Origin: Psilocybe cubensis
Taxonomy: Eukaryota
Assembly: GCA_017499595.2 (NCBI GenBank)
Contig: CM039001.1
Coordinates: 1,178,001-1,242,000 of the forward strand
Length of the DNA: 64,000 nucleotides
Direction of reading: 5' to 3'
Part shown: positions 11,979 to 25,382 of the stretch, one piece after another
Layout of the letters: every line of letters begins with the position of its first letter
Position numbering within the stretch: position 1 is the first letter of the stretch
Position numbers and translations under genes: made by a program
The notes under the pieces: model-generated
What the model saw: only the letters and a program-made list of their open reading frames with translations
The model's database searches: none
What the model was told of the DNA's origin: nothing

Positions 11979-13130
11979 ACCTCTCTCTTTATTCAAAAGT
12001 CCAGGGAACGAAAACACTGTTTTCGGTCAGTCGCCATGGGGTACACAAATTGAATGGAGCCAGTTGCATAGGTGATCGAAAAGCTTAGGCTTTTTTTTGT
12101 CGTCTAAAGTAGCTCATGTGGGTTCGTCGGCTGTATGACTTGAGATATTCGGAACAACTAGACGTTGCAGAAAACGGATCTGGGGTAGCACAAAGAAAGC
12201 TTATTGGGCGATCATACTTGATCATAGTAAAGGCTGCGATAAAGATGTCGACATAAGAGCAAAGTACCACCGAACTTCAGCCCACAAAAACTGAAGTGAT
12301 AGACTAGAAACGGAGAAGACTCGGTCCTTTACGGCTGAGGTTCGGGGAGGTGCACATAACCTAAGCTGGTAGACCAGACGTTTGCTACGAAAAATGCAAA
12401 TAGAATGACTCTCGTTACCGGATGACGAAGTATCATGATCATAGAGATCTGCATCGACGGACGGGTGTCTTTTCGCAATGAAGAGATAAGCTTCCAGAAA
12501 ACGAGAACTTGAAGCTTCCAAAACTGGAGCACAGGTTGGCGAGAGCCCAACGCGGTACACAGATAGGCTTCGAGATAGTACACGGAAGTAATGGTCGGCA
12601 AAAAGGCCCAATGGAATATACGTAGAACCAAGGACCACCAAGAGCGGGAAATCAGAGTAGAAGCATCTAGCAATATAGCACATGGCAAGGTGATCGATGG
12701 AGCGTGCTAGTAGAACGTAGTCGGAGTGTCACTACTGAATGCAAGTCTGTAGGCAGAAGCGTCACGGTCGAGGAAAAGAAAGAGATATGTGATAGAGTGA
12801 GTGAATTCAACGAAGTCAGATCGAGTGCCTGTTGAGCGTGGGGAATTAGTCGTCGACTACTTCGCAGGCACACTGACACGGTGGCGGTGCCATTACAGTG
12901 CTACGCCCACGATATGTTTTTACTGCGCCACGTATGTTTTCTGTGCTCCAATATCTCCTATTAGTATTAAATAAGCACCTTTTATTTTATTTTATTCTTA
13001 GCAATTCATTAAAGCCGAGGCCGACCGATCCGGCATGTCCGATGTCCTTTCCGTTAGTTTGCAAGATAACATACCGTCTCTGATCCAACAAGGGAGGTAT
13101 TACTAACCCTTTCCCCTTGCAAGTTCGTGT

Positions 13131-14960
13131 ATGCTAAGGCTTTTGGCATCCGCACGAGCAAAATCGCCGTTTCTCACCAGCTTCGTTCACACCACATCTA
13201 TACATCGAACCCCCATGGCAAAGCCAAATGGCAGCGTTGCTCCCTCAGGAGACAGAAGCAACTTGATTCCCTTTTCATCTCGTTTGAGAGATGGGAGGGC
13301 TTTGGCACTTGACGTTTGGACTATATTCAGGTAGGCAGTCATGGTGTCTCTCTCTGTGGTTTCGAAGCCTGTCTCATGTTGCGATTGGGGTCAGCGCGGT
13401 CAACTTGCCCGCGGACTGCATTAATCTCGGACAAGGCTACATGAACTTTGCGCCCCCAAAATGGGTCACCGATGCTGCAGAAGTCGCCCTCAATACAGTC
13501 GCACCAAACCACTATTCTCATCCTAGAGGGCGCATACGTCTCCGCGAGGCCATTAAAGCATTTTATGGCCCACAATTCAATAGGAATTTGGACGTAGAGT
13601 CTGAAATACTCGTGACAAGCGGTGCAAATGAAGGTATGCGAAGTCGCCGATTCTATTTCAGCATCACCCAAGCTAATGCCAAGATATCTCTCAGGGCAAT
13701 ATTCCGTCTTCACTGCGTTTTTAGAGCAGGGGGACGAGGTTATTATGTTTGAACCGTTCTTCGACCAGTACCTGCCATCTGTAACTTTCAATGGAGGAAA
13801 GCCTGTTTACGTACCATTGCACCCACCTAAAGATTCCCTGATTAAACCCACAAGTAACGACTGGACCATCGATGTCGATGAGCTTCGGTAATTCCGTTTG
13901 CTTCTTTTTCTTTGGGAAAAAACATTAATGTATTTTTTAAGTCGTGCCATTACGCCAAGAACGAAAATGATCATTGTAAACACGCCGCACAACCCTGTTG
14001 GGAAGGTGTTCACCAAATCAGAGCTCGAAGCCATAGCAGCGATAGCGGAGGAATTCAATCTCCTCGTGATGGCAGATGAGGTGGTATGTGATAATCATTC
14101 GTTTTGCTGTCGTGCTTTAAATAACAGCCATGCCAGTATGACTGCCTCGTCTTTGATGGCAAAGAACATGTCCGCATTGCAAACTTACCTGGCATGTGGG
14201 ACCGCACAGTGACAGTGGGTTCTGCAGGAAGTAAGCATGTGCTTATTACATTGAATATTTATTAATGGTTATCGTTATCTTTTACAGAGGCGTTTGCAGC
14301 GACTGGGTGGCGTATCGGTTGGCTCATTGGACCAAAGTCCATCATCCAGCCCACATTAGCTGCGAGCACGCGAATCGTATTCTGCTCAAACTCGCCGTTA
14401 CAAGAAGCTGCTGCAACTGGCCTTGAATTGGCTAAGGAGAAGAAATTCTTTGAAACACAACTCCAGGAATATGTGGAAAGACGAGACATTCTTACTAAAG
14501 CATTCGACGACCTCGGGTTAAAATACACTCACCCCGAAGGGAGTTACTTTGTTCTACTGGTATGTCTTTGTATTTCAAATTTTCCTGCCATTATTAACAT
14601 TATCGATAGGACATCTCCCGCGTCGATTTCCCAGAGGACTATCCATTCCCTGAAAGTGTATTAGGAAGAGGGCGCGATTTCCGGTGAGGCGAAGTCGTAT
14701 CCTTACACGAGTTATAAATTGACGATTCTCAGAGCTTGTTGGTTCATTGCGAACGAAGTCGGCGTTTCCTCTATTCCAGTCAGCGAGGTACTTACGTTGT
14801 TTTATATTCAAATTATCGAATTCCTAACCATTATTAGTTTTACTGCGAGGAACACGCAAACATCGGGGAGGCCTATGCCCGATTCGCATTCTGCAAAGAC
14901 GTCGATACTTTGCGCAGAGCGGCGGAGCGTTTCCAAACTCTCAAAAAATATTTGAAGTAG
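13131..14960 (+). CDS. BNA3: Class I PLP aminotransferase, kynurenine aminotransferase Bna3/KYAT-like, with mitochondrial presequence
   Basis: 'INLGQG', 'VTSGANEG', 'EPFFDQY', 'NTPHNPVGK', 'DEVY', PLP-lysine motif 'GSAGKAFAATGWRIGW', terminal 'RFAFCK'. Confidence 0.88.
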
Positions 14961-15055
14961 AGAAGATATCACAAACGCTAGCCTCAACCAAAAATTCAGA
15001 GGCTCAGAGATGTAACTGTTTGTAGATGTATGTTTTAGAAAGACTCCTGTATAAT

Positions 15056-18000
15056 TTATTTCTTCGCATATATCTCGTCTATAACATGATCCACGATTGC
15101 AGACAAATTAGTATCGCGATCAGATCCCGTAAAGCCGTAGTAAGATGGATTACTGACGACCCTTTGGGCTAAATAAGTGAAGGATAACGCGTCGACGATT
15201 TGCTGTTTGTCAGCGTTGGTTGAATATGACTGCAATGATTTGACCCAGTCACGAAGAGTTTCGCTTTCCGCAAGGTCGGATTCGAGAGGGAGACCCTCGT
15301 CGAGGAAGCGAGAATAGGTTTCCAAAGCATCTGCCTGGCAAAAGAGATGGAAGTGACCCGTGCCTGATTCTTGAATTGCCCGACTCTGCATTCTCACAAC
15401 TTCCGTAAGACTGTAGTCCCGAATCTGACGTAGTGAGCCTTCCTCTTCAATATGGACGTATTGCGTCCCCATCACAACTACTACGGACGCTCGCGCGGGG
15501 AGACTCCAGCATGAATCTTTGGGGACAACCAAGACACGGATAATTCCTTCTGCGAACATTTCCAGCATCAAGTTCCGGTCGTGCTTTGGTATTCCCTGAT
15601 GGTAAAAACCAACGCCTTTCAGGACATAATCCAAAAGGCTTGTGTCTTGAAGCCTTGCGCAATAATCACCCACTAAATCATCCGATATGACGTCGGGAAT
15701 GTATCCTCTACCCGTCTCCATCTCTAGAGTGCACCTTGTGATAAGATCGAGAGCGATGGATCGGCATTGCCCTCGGGATGGAACAAAGACGATGGCCAAA
15801 GATCCTGGAGGTGCATCCTGGATTGCTCGATGTGCGGGTTTCGCCATTGCTTTGAAGAGAGACGCCGAATAGGGTATCGAAAACGTTTTTCGAGTAGTAA
15901 TTAAAGATTGATCGCGATCTTGAGGTCGGAAGCTGTGTATCGCTGTACTATCGACGCTTAGCCACTTAGCAAGATCAGACGCGTCATTGATAGAAGAAGA
16001 AAGCCCAATGAATCGCACTGGGGACGATTTGGCCGCAAGCCGAAGCATCGAGATGGAAAATTCATATGCAGAGGTAAGCTGCTCCATGGCGTCGCAAACC
16101 ACCAGTTCAAGACGAGTCAGCTTGGTCAGATGTATGCTGGCCGGAAAGGCGTGGATTAATTGGTCCGCAGTTGCTACACGGATGGTGCGAGACTTCGGTG
16201 TCGAAAAAAGACGTTTTGTGTCACCCCCGTATTCTAGAAGGATTCCGTTTGAGTTGGCTCCAGGGCGAAGTTCGGATACCATGTCCATAGCAGCTATTTT
16301 TGTTGGAGTTATTACAAGTATCCACCCATCAGTTAACTTTGAGATAGTATTCCTAACGGAAGAGTTAGTGTCATGATTTAAAACTCACGAGAGTGGACAT
16401 ACCATACGGCCATTCTGGCTAAAGTAGATTTTCCACTGGCCGCAGGAGCACAAATAAGGGCATTCCGTTTATTATGTATGAAGTTCCAATACGATTGCGT
16501 CTGCAAAACGTTAAGAGTATGAAACCTTCGAGGAATGACGTCTTTCGGGAAGGATGACTGTATGTCGTCAATCGTTAAGAAGGGGAGATTAAGGACTGGG
16601 GTATGAGGTCGAGAGGTTGGGGGCATTATCACATAGTCGAACGTAACCATAACCGAATCCTCTGCACCAACCCAACGGTCTGAGATGGAACGTATAGTAA
16701 CAAATTGAGGAAGTTGTCCATTAGGAATTGATATGAAGAAATCCAGGTCTAAAAACTCGGTTGTTGGATGGAAAATGATATGGGACAGTTGCAAAATATT
16801 CGCTCCTTTTTCTTCCTCAATCCATATCCAAAATGGCTCACTTGTCCCATGAACCTTAGAAGCCCATTCAAATGCGCGAGTCAAGCCAACTGAAATTTTG
16901 AGGACCTCCGAAGTGATGGGACGCAGAGTATAAGTGATATGTATTGTAGGGAATTGTTTTGCAGCGTTAAGTATTGCCAATCCGTGTGCTTCATTGAGAT
17001 GGACCATTTCCCCAATACTACTGGCTTCCATCCCAGCTATGTCAGATACAGAGAGGTCGTCTGCCCATTTTTCCAGAGAAAACATTGTCTCCGGTTTGAG
17101 ATTAAACTGGCGGAGAGGATGGTCAAACGACCACATCCTGCCTTCAATTGATTTGCTCATAGCCATCAGAACAGATGTGACATTGGCCCATTTCTTGCTG
17201 ACCGCTATTTCGAGAAGAGCACGCACAATACGTCCTCCGTTTTGGGCAACGTAAGCCATGTCAGAAACGAGAGCAAAATCTTCGACCATCTCTCTGGAAA
17301 TGTAACCCTGCAATAAAATGTTGACCTTCCCTGCACTTGTGTCTGTACCACCCTGGAAACAGTACAATGAATTAAAAACTTCTTGAATTAGCTGAATATG
17401 AAGGCAAATCACCTTGACTTCGCATGGAACTCGCTCCATGATTTCTTCCAGTTCCTTAACCTCCGATTCTCTGACTTGAATTTGTTCAAACTGGTACATA
17501 AGACTAGATTTTAGTTTCAAAAGTATAGAGAGAAATAAGAACCAGCACCTCTGTACTCATGCTCAGCATCGCAAGCACATCTGCTTCCGACATCCTCGGT
17601 CGAAATTCTTTATTGAAAATTTCAATTGAGGTATAACGAATATAATATTTCGCCGCAATTCGCCCTAGGTCTGTTATTTGGAATTGACTTTGCTGTGCGT
17701 CATATGTGATCATTTTGGTTTCAAAAAGTTTCTTGGATGCAATTGCGATAAGTTCGTTTCTCTTAGTACCGAGTTGCGGGTCATCTTCTACAGATTCGCG
17801 AGGGATACCTTGGCCAATAAAATTAATGCTTATTTATCAGGCTGAGAAATAGTGCATACCGTAAACGAACGGGTTCATACGCATTCTGACAAAGAGATAT
17901 GTATAGCCCAACCACTGCACTGCATCGCGACGGTTGGCGACAGTACCCAATGCAATTTCGGCGTTCAGAGCATCCATTAGGCCCGCCTGGAACCTGAGAA

Positions 18001-21000
18001 GAAGATCAGAAAGTAGGAAAGGAAAGCTAAATCAGTACGCACTGTGATTCGATAGGAATCTAAAGCGTATTTAAACTGTAAATATCAGCCCTCCTACAAT
18101 TAAAAGACAGAGAAACTTCACCGAGGAAGTGACAGCGTCAAGGTAATGAGTCAGTTTGTCTTCGGTGGTGCAGATATAACCCTCCCCACTGGATTCTAAA
18201 CCTGGCCTACCAGCACGACCAAAGATTTGAAGTACATCGAGTACAGATAAATCGACAAATTTTCCTTTCCCGCTGTCGTACACTTGTGTTCCCTTGATGA
18301 CAACTGTAGAAAGAAAATCGGGCACCAGATGACTGAGATACATGGATAGAAAGTACCTGCGTGCGCTGGTAGGTTGACACCCCAAGCTAATGTCGCCGTG
18401 CAGCAAAGGACCTGTTAGAATACCTGGTGATCAGTAATGAGTTGGTAGTTGAAACCGCGCTCACCTTTATTGCTCTTGCTTCAAACATCCTCTCCATCAT
18501 ATTGCGGTCGGACCGAAGCATACCTGCATGATGAATTCCAAAGCCACTATCGAACAATTGCTTCATCTCTTTGTTCCTGGACTCCCCAATCTTCTGCCGG
18601 AAAAAATTAAATTGCGGATGATCTTCGCAGATGAAATGTTCCATATTGCCCTCTAAAACTGCCATCTCGCGAAGACTTGTTGCCGTTTTGACTGTCTCTT
18701 TACGTGCATGAACGAAAACCATGACTTGATGGCCTTCCGCAACCAGGTCTGAAACCTTTTGGAAGGTGACAGTGTCAAGGTTTTTACGTGACAGTGAACT
18801 TCCTGGTTTACCCTTGATTCCCAGAAAGTGTTGTTCTAAAGGAACAGGTCTAAAGGAAGAATCGAAGTAGAAAAGACCTTTGTGTCGAGACACACTGTAC
18901 GAGATCTGAGCTACATAATGAAGAACCAAATAAAAAAAACCACCTTAAGAATTCTGCAACGTCCTTGTAATTCGGCAAGGTAGCACTGAGACCTACAATC
19001 CGGATCATAGATTGACTGGATTCCACCTAACAGTATGAAAATTGATCAGTTGAAGTAGCTTAGAAAGTGTCTTAAATACCTGTCGCAAAGTCCTCGCTAC
19101 AATCGTTTCTATTACCGCCCCTCGTTCCTCGTTTAACAGATGCACCTCATCAATAATCAAAAGTTTTAAACTCTTTGATTAAGTTGAGTAACAAACATGA
19201 CGAAACAGGATAGGCGCACGAACGGATGCAATTTCTCCTTCTCCTGTGGGTTTCCTGGTGACGACGTCCCATTTTTCTGGGGTCGTTACTATGACTTGTG
19301 TCCGTGCAATTTCTGCCTTTGTTAACTGCATATCACCTATCATGAATGAGAACAATGAAAGTGTTTAGCAGTGAAGAGGAAGATGTACCAGTTAATTCTC
19401 GGACTTCTATTGAAAGCCAAGCTAAACGTTTTCCAAGTTTCCGGACGATTTCTGAAGCGAGCGCTTTCATAGGGGCCCTGTGATAGCTTTAGTTTTCTGC
19501 AACAGGATGTTTGTAAAGTGAACGACGCAACACATAGATGATTTTAAATGCATCTCTATCTATGGTTTGATGGATGGGCAAATTGCTGGAAGATTTATTT
19601 TGCAATCGATGTTGGTCAATTACCCGCAAGATTGTCAACATAGCAACGTCTGTTTTTCCCTGAAGAGGTTTCAAAAATTGTCGTGAAAAGAAAGCACACA
19701 AAATACTTACTGCGCCAGTAGGTGCTAGGGTTGATAGCTTTAGGTATCTAATTGGCCACCTATGGAGAATTTAGTACGTACCACAAATGAGCATGTTTTC
19801 ATTGGAACCAAAAGCAGTGGGGTATACTATGGACTGAATTCGATTTAGAGCTGAATATCCCTAGATAACCGAAAAGGTGGGTTAGACTGTATTTGAGGAA
19901 TTAAAGGCATGCCGAACCGTAAAACTGCCTTGAACGATGCTCTCGAGCTCCGAAATATTGATGAGACGTTCCGACGATCTGGGTGGCACCGGTTTGGCAG
20001 GCGGTATAACAACTTCTTCGTATTCCTACATGTTGTTCAATAAAGAGCTGGCACAACAGTTATTCTATTCACTTCATAGGTCTCCCTTGTTGTACCCAGA
20101 GGTAACATGTACTTGGATCCAAACTGGGATACTACGTTTCCTTGTGTTGCGTTGCTAGATGTATAGACATGAGGAAGTATTTCTGGAGCAGCTTGCTAAT
20201 TGCAGTTGTAACTTTGAGTCAAGTTCTATAGACAGTATAGGCAAATTCTTACCTCAGTCCCGCTGTACAGAGGACGGGAAGCATTCGCATCCAATTGCTG
20301 TTGCATCCTTCGACGAACACTTTCTTTCGAAAATGAGTAAGATTCGTCTTTAACGCACGGTGAGTTGGGCTTTTGTCATGTTGAAGCTGTTCAACCCACT
20401 TTTTGATTGTTTGCTTTGAACAACAGAATTGTCGTGTTTCGAAAATGTAGGGCCGACATTTAGCTTGATTCGAGAATGAACATATTTGTTAATGTGAAGT
20501 CAGAGACGTTCACACCTGTTGGATGACCGCAGACCGATTGTCAAGTATTTGCATAACCAGCTCAATTTCGTCGTATCCCAGGAGCTCGCAGAGCTCCCCA
20601 GATATCTCATCGTTGGTTCGATGAGAAGACAATATGGACAGTACAGATTGGGAAATATGGTCTGCATCAGCTTTTCTGCGAATGAGCCGTAAATCTCAAA
20701 ATGACTAATTTATGTTCAAATAACATACTTATACAGTACTGAAAGTAGCAGAGACGTGTCTGGCGTCCCAGAAGGCTCTTGCAGGCGATAAAGGTCCAGA
20801 ACGGAGGCCTCCGCTTCATAATCGCGTTCTTCCCAAAGAGAATCATCTTCAGCAAAGCCTTGACCCTCTTCACCTTTCAGAATCTTCGATATCCTGACCA
20901 TAATCTATAAGATATCCGAGAGGCGAGTCTAATGGACCTGCTATTCACCTTGTCCATGAAGTGGTATCTGCCTTTGGTTGTGTGCGGTCTGACGAGCCAA

Positions 21001-21034
21001 GCAAGGCTTCAATGTGGGCCAAAAAGTTTGCCAT
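15056..21034 (-). CDS. SLH1: Ski2-like Sec63/Brl helicase of the Slh1/ASCC3 (RQT) type; second cassette degenerate and C-terminally truncated
   Basis: 'YPHVY', motif I CAPTGAGKT (split by microexon), [18 protein letters not shown], 'SSFRPVPL', 'GIHHAGM', '[10 protein letters not shown]', Sec63 domain, then a second RecA cassette. Confidence 0.85.
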
Positions 21035-21448
21035 TGGAACAGCTTTTGAGATATGTAGGCGCCGAAGAACACTGCTAAACGAGAGATTCGCTGTAGAGAA
21101 CCAATCAAGACGACACTGATCCGAATTCTAAACTTTAAAGAAGATCACAGAATGACGAAGATGCGGAACCAATATCAAGTGTCAAGAATTGACCAGGGTA
21201 GTGATCGTATTGTCAAAGGATGATGTTCACAAGGTGCTCTAATTTGCGCCTTGTGCTTGCCGGCTCCCACTGCCATCGCAAAGATATCAGCACTATGCCT
21301 TGTCCTCCCTGCTTACGATTTATGTTCTCACGTACAGACCCATTAATACTCATAACCTGAAGGAGTCCCATATCTCCCCTCTCCGTTTTCGCCCAGCACC
21401 CACTGCCTATTGTCAACTAGGCAAGGAACTGCTCGGAACTCAAGAATA

Positions 21449-23577
21449 ATGCTCAAGATCGCCCAAGCTTACCGGCTGAGGGTAGCTACCCTATCTCCAT
21501 TGCAACTCACAGCGGTCTGCGTTCGCAGGAGACAATATAGCATACCCACCGACTTACCGGTTCCTAGCAAATCGAAGGTTTGGGACTCTGCAGATGAAGC
21601 AGTCAAAGACATCAAGTCAGGATCCGTTTTACTGTGCGGTGGTAAGTTGAAACGCATTGGTATATTTTCTCAGTGGTCAACAAGACTGAATGCGATTCTA
21701 TAAGGATTTGGTTTGGCTGGCATACCAGGTCAAGGATAAAGATAGTGATTGATGACCAGCACCACTGATCGCGCAAACGTTTAGACACCCTCCTTGGTGC
21801 CATAGCAAAGCGGAAAGATGTCACTAACCTCACGGGAGTTTCGAACAATGCGGGAGGTAACGATTCTGGCCTAGGTGAGTGCATGTGGAACTCATAAACG
21901 AATTTGTATTCTAAGGTATTGTCTAGACAAGCTGTTGAACACCAACCAACTCAGTAAAATCATTGCGTCGTATCCTGGGAGGTAATTTCGCGTTGCTTTC
22001 CCCGTTGCATTGCCTTTCTAAAATAGTACACAGTAACAAGAACTTTGAAAGTCGATACTTGTCCGGGAAAATAACATTGGAGCTTGTGCCACAAGGCACA
22101 CTAGCAGAACGACTGCGGGCACATGCAGCTGGGATTCCAGGGTTTTTCACACCTACAGGGGCGTCGACTGCTATTGAGGAAGGCACGATACCCCAACGAT
22201 ACAATGATGGCGGGGCCGCAAACGGCATCGCTATTCCGGGCATCCCAAAAGAAGCCAGAGAAATAAATGGGAAAAGATACGTTTTGGAACCGTCGCTTGC
22301 TGGAGATGTTGCCTTTATCCGCGCTTGGAAGGTTGACGAGGTTGGCAACTGTGTCTTTCGGTACATAATCTCCATCATCACCAGAAATACGACTGTTAAT
22401 TGGTCGTACTCAACAGTTATGCGTCCCAGAATTTCAGTACTGTCATGGCCAAAAACGCAAAACTGACGATTGTCGAGGTAGGTGGTATATATTCTCAGTT
22501 GTGGTCTTACTTAGTCTCTTCAGGCCGAACACATAGTTCCAGTCGGCAGCATTTCGCCAAATGCAATCCATGTTCCAGGCATTTATATCGACCGCATTGT
22601 ACCGGCGACGACTGAAAAGCGCATTGAAATATTTACAATGGCGAAGGAGGGCAACGAAAGTGAAAGCGATAAATCAGTTCCGCCTGAGAAAGCTGCTGCC
22701 ATTGCCCAACGCCACCGAATCGCCAAAAGAGCCGCGAAGGAGATCAAAGACGGTTTTTATGTGAACCTTGGAATTGGAATGCCCACTCTAGTCCCAGAAT
22801 ATTTGGAGCCAGGTGTAAAAGTTTGGCTACAGAGTGAGAACGGTATCTTGGGCATGGGACCATATCCTACCAAAGAGCAATTGGATGCGTGTGTATATTT
22901 TATATACTGTTTTGATCTCGTTGGACTGAATATCTGCTTTGCTCATAAAGCGACCTCATCAATGCTGGAAAAGAAACCGTCACACTTCTTCCAGGAGCTT
23001 CCATTTTCGGTACGTAAAATGCTCGATTTGTTGTGCATGTCATTCATCAAATGTCCAGATTCGAGTGAATCGTTCGCAATGATTCGTGGCGGACATGTTG
23101 ACGTTGCTATTCTCGGTGTATGTCAGCTAACTCTGTAATCGCTTCCTAGTTATCAACTAAATTTTTATTGCTAGGCTATGGAAGTATCTAAAGCGGGTGA
23201 TATCGCCAATTTCATGATACCTGGAAAGTTACTCAAAGGTCAGCACAACCTACTACTGGGCTGGCTTATTTACTCAATTGTCAATAGGCATCGGTGGAGC
23301 TATGGACCTCGTTTCTAATCCAGACAAAACGAAGGTCATCGTTGTCATGGAACATTGCTCGAAAAATGGGAAATCGAAGGTCCTCGATAAGTGTTCACTC
23401 CCTCTAACGGGTGCACGCGCCGTGAGCACCATCATAACCGAACTTGCTGTATTTGAGGTGGATCGAGCAGCTGGGGAGATGACACTGACAGACATTGCGG
23501 AGGGTGTGACCCTAGAAGAAGTGAAAGCAAAAACTGCCGCCGAGTTCAAGGTTGCCCACAAACTGGGGACTTTCTGA
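21449..23577 (+). CDS. OXCT1: Mitochondrial succinyl-CoA:3-ketoacid CoA transferase (SCOT), fused alpha/beta chain
   Basis: Presequence, 'GGFGLAGIP', 'SNNAG', 'PQGTLAERLRA', 'YVNLGIGMP', catalytic 'QSENG', 'RGGHVD', 'GGAMDLV', 'CSLPLTG'. Confidence 0.92.
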
Positions 23578-23647
23578 AGGAACAATCATGTACCCACCAT
23601 TAATAACCATTATACCATGCCTGTAAACATTTTATATCCAAGCAAGT

Positions 23648-25382
23648 TCATCTATACAGGCTCGCTGCCAATACGAAGACCACAAGGATAGGTAATATCC
23701 GATAAAGAATTGTCTTCATTCCATCCACCCTCCACACCCACATCCTAAAAATTGACTGCAAACCCCCAGTGTGATAATAAGGCTTAAACTTTGCTCCCGA
23801 CGCACCACAATGTGCAAGTTGCCTCATTGTAACAACATACCACGCCAACGTAACCCCAGCACCAATTAATTTAATTTGGTTGACAACATTCCAAACCCAA
23901 CTGAATGGCGGATAAAGAATTATCCAAGGCATTTGTAGCCGGGGCTCAGGATTGAAAGGAATGTGGTCCCATCGATGCGAACTTTGGAGATGTTCACGAA
24001 GGACAGACGGAAGTTCCGGACAAACAACTGATCCACGACCTATTCCAAGGAGGTCGGCATGTTTACATGCCAGAGCGGACTGAAGTAACCCAGGCGTTTT
24101 GAGGCCTCCTGTCAGTAATATGAGAGGTACCGAATTTCCGCGTGAATGAAGAGTTTTCAACGCTTGCTGTGAGAAACGGGCGAAAAAGGCTTGACGCGCA
24201 GGCTTCGAATGGTCTGCAGACGACATGAAGTCTGTGAAAAAATATTGAGTACTGCTATGGAACCATAAAGAAGCAAATATACCCGGCTTTTCATAATCCC
24301 CTCCACTTATCTCAACAATGTCGACTAGTCCCCAGTCTGCAATGGTGATCAGGTGCTGTAATGCGACTTGCTCCGCCTCAGTCAATGAGTCGGCCTGCGA
24401 AGATTCTCTGTTGATATAGTCTGCTGCATTCAATTTGATCGAAACAACAAAATTGCTTTCAGTGGATTCGCGGATCTGCTTGACGATGCGATGGACAAAT
24501 TTGATTGCCAGATCTGCAGAGTATTTATCTGTCCTGATATTTGCCTAGATTGACGTTTAGTTTGAAAATCTTGTGAAAACCCTCCGTTCTCTTACCTTTT
24601 TAGAAAGAAATTGGGATAGAAGGTCTGTAGCTTGATTCAACATAGCTCTTGACATTCAAATAAGTTTGACTCACAGCCATGAGCGGCATGTAGTTGAACA
24701 CCATCGAATCCAGCCTTTTGAGCCACCACAGCGCCGCGGGTAAATCCTTCTACTACCTCTTCAATGTCTGATTCTGTCATTTCATTGGGTGTCTGGAAAA
24801 GCAGCGAGTGCAGCATTCTCGTGGCAAAAGACGGGTTGCCGCTGGTTCCAAGGGGGATGGCACTAGGAGCCAACGGTGCTTGAAACAGGCGGCGGCCGCC
24901 AATGAAGTTACTGGATTGTCGACCAGCGTGATTTAACTGCATAATGGCGAGGGTCCTGTTGGGAACAGGGACCGTTCTCCCGACAACGTTGCGGAGGCCA
25001 TGGATAGAGTCAGCCAATTCCCGGAAGGATTGTATGTCGACATCTGACGAGGACTTTGGAAGCACAAGATCTCTTCCTAAGGTTAAATGCTCTGCAGAAA
25101 TTTGGACGTTGCCAGTTATGACAATTCCCCAATCGTGTTTTGCCCATTCGGAATAGAGATGAATGTGGTGTGCATTAGGAGCCCCTCCGAGAAGCGTGGC
25201 AAGATGTTCGTACATTGCGACCTCAAAAGGTTTTTAGTACGCGAATCCGGATGTCAGGATAGAGAGACTACCTTCACCAGCCGATTTTGTACAACTCGCC
25301 CACATGGTAATGATATGGGTTGGAAGATTGCAGACTCTTCGTTGTTCTCTTTTGTCGTCGCTGAGGATTCGGAGGGGTGCAT
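23648..25382 (-). CDS. FMN-linked NADH:flavin oxidoreductase (Old Yellow Enzyme family) with hydrophobic C-terminus
   Basis: 'NRLVK', 'ITGNVQ', 'QLNHAGRQ', '[21 protein letters not shown]', 'RTDKY', 'EISGGDYE', 'TGG', 'GIGR'. Confidence 0.88.

Noticed and set aside
12257..12263. Mac1-type copper response element upstream of the reductase
   Set aside because: Single imperfect 7-mer, expected by chance
12222..12879. Minus-strand ORFs of 70-153 aa in the FRE/BNA3 gap
   Set aside because: No recognisable motifs or coherent exon structure
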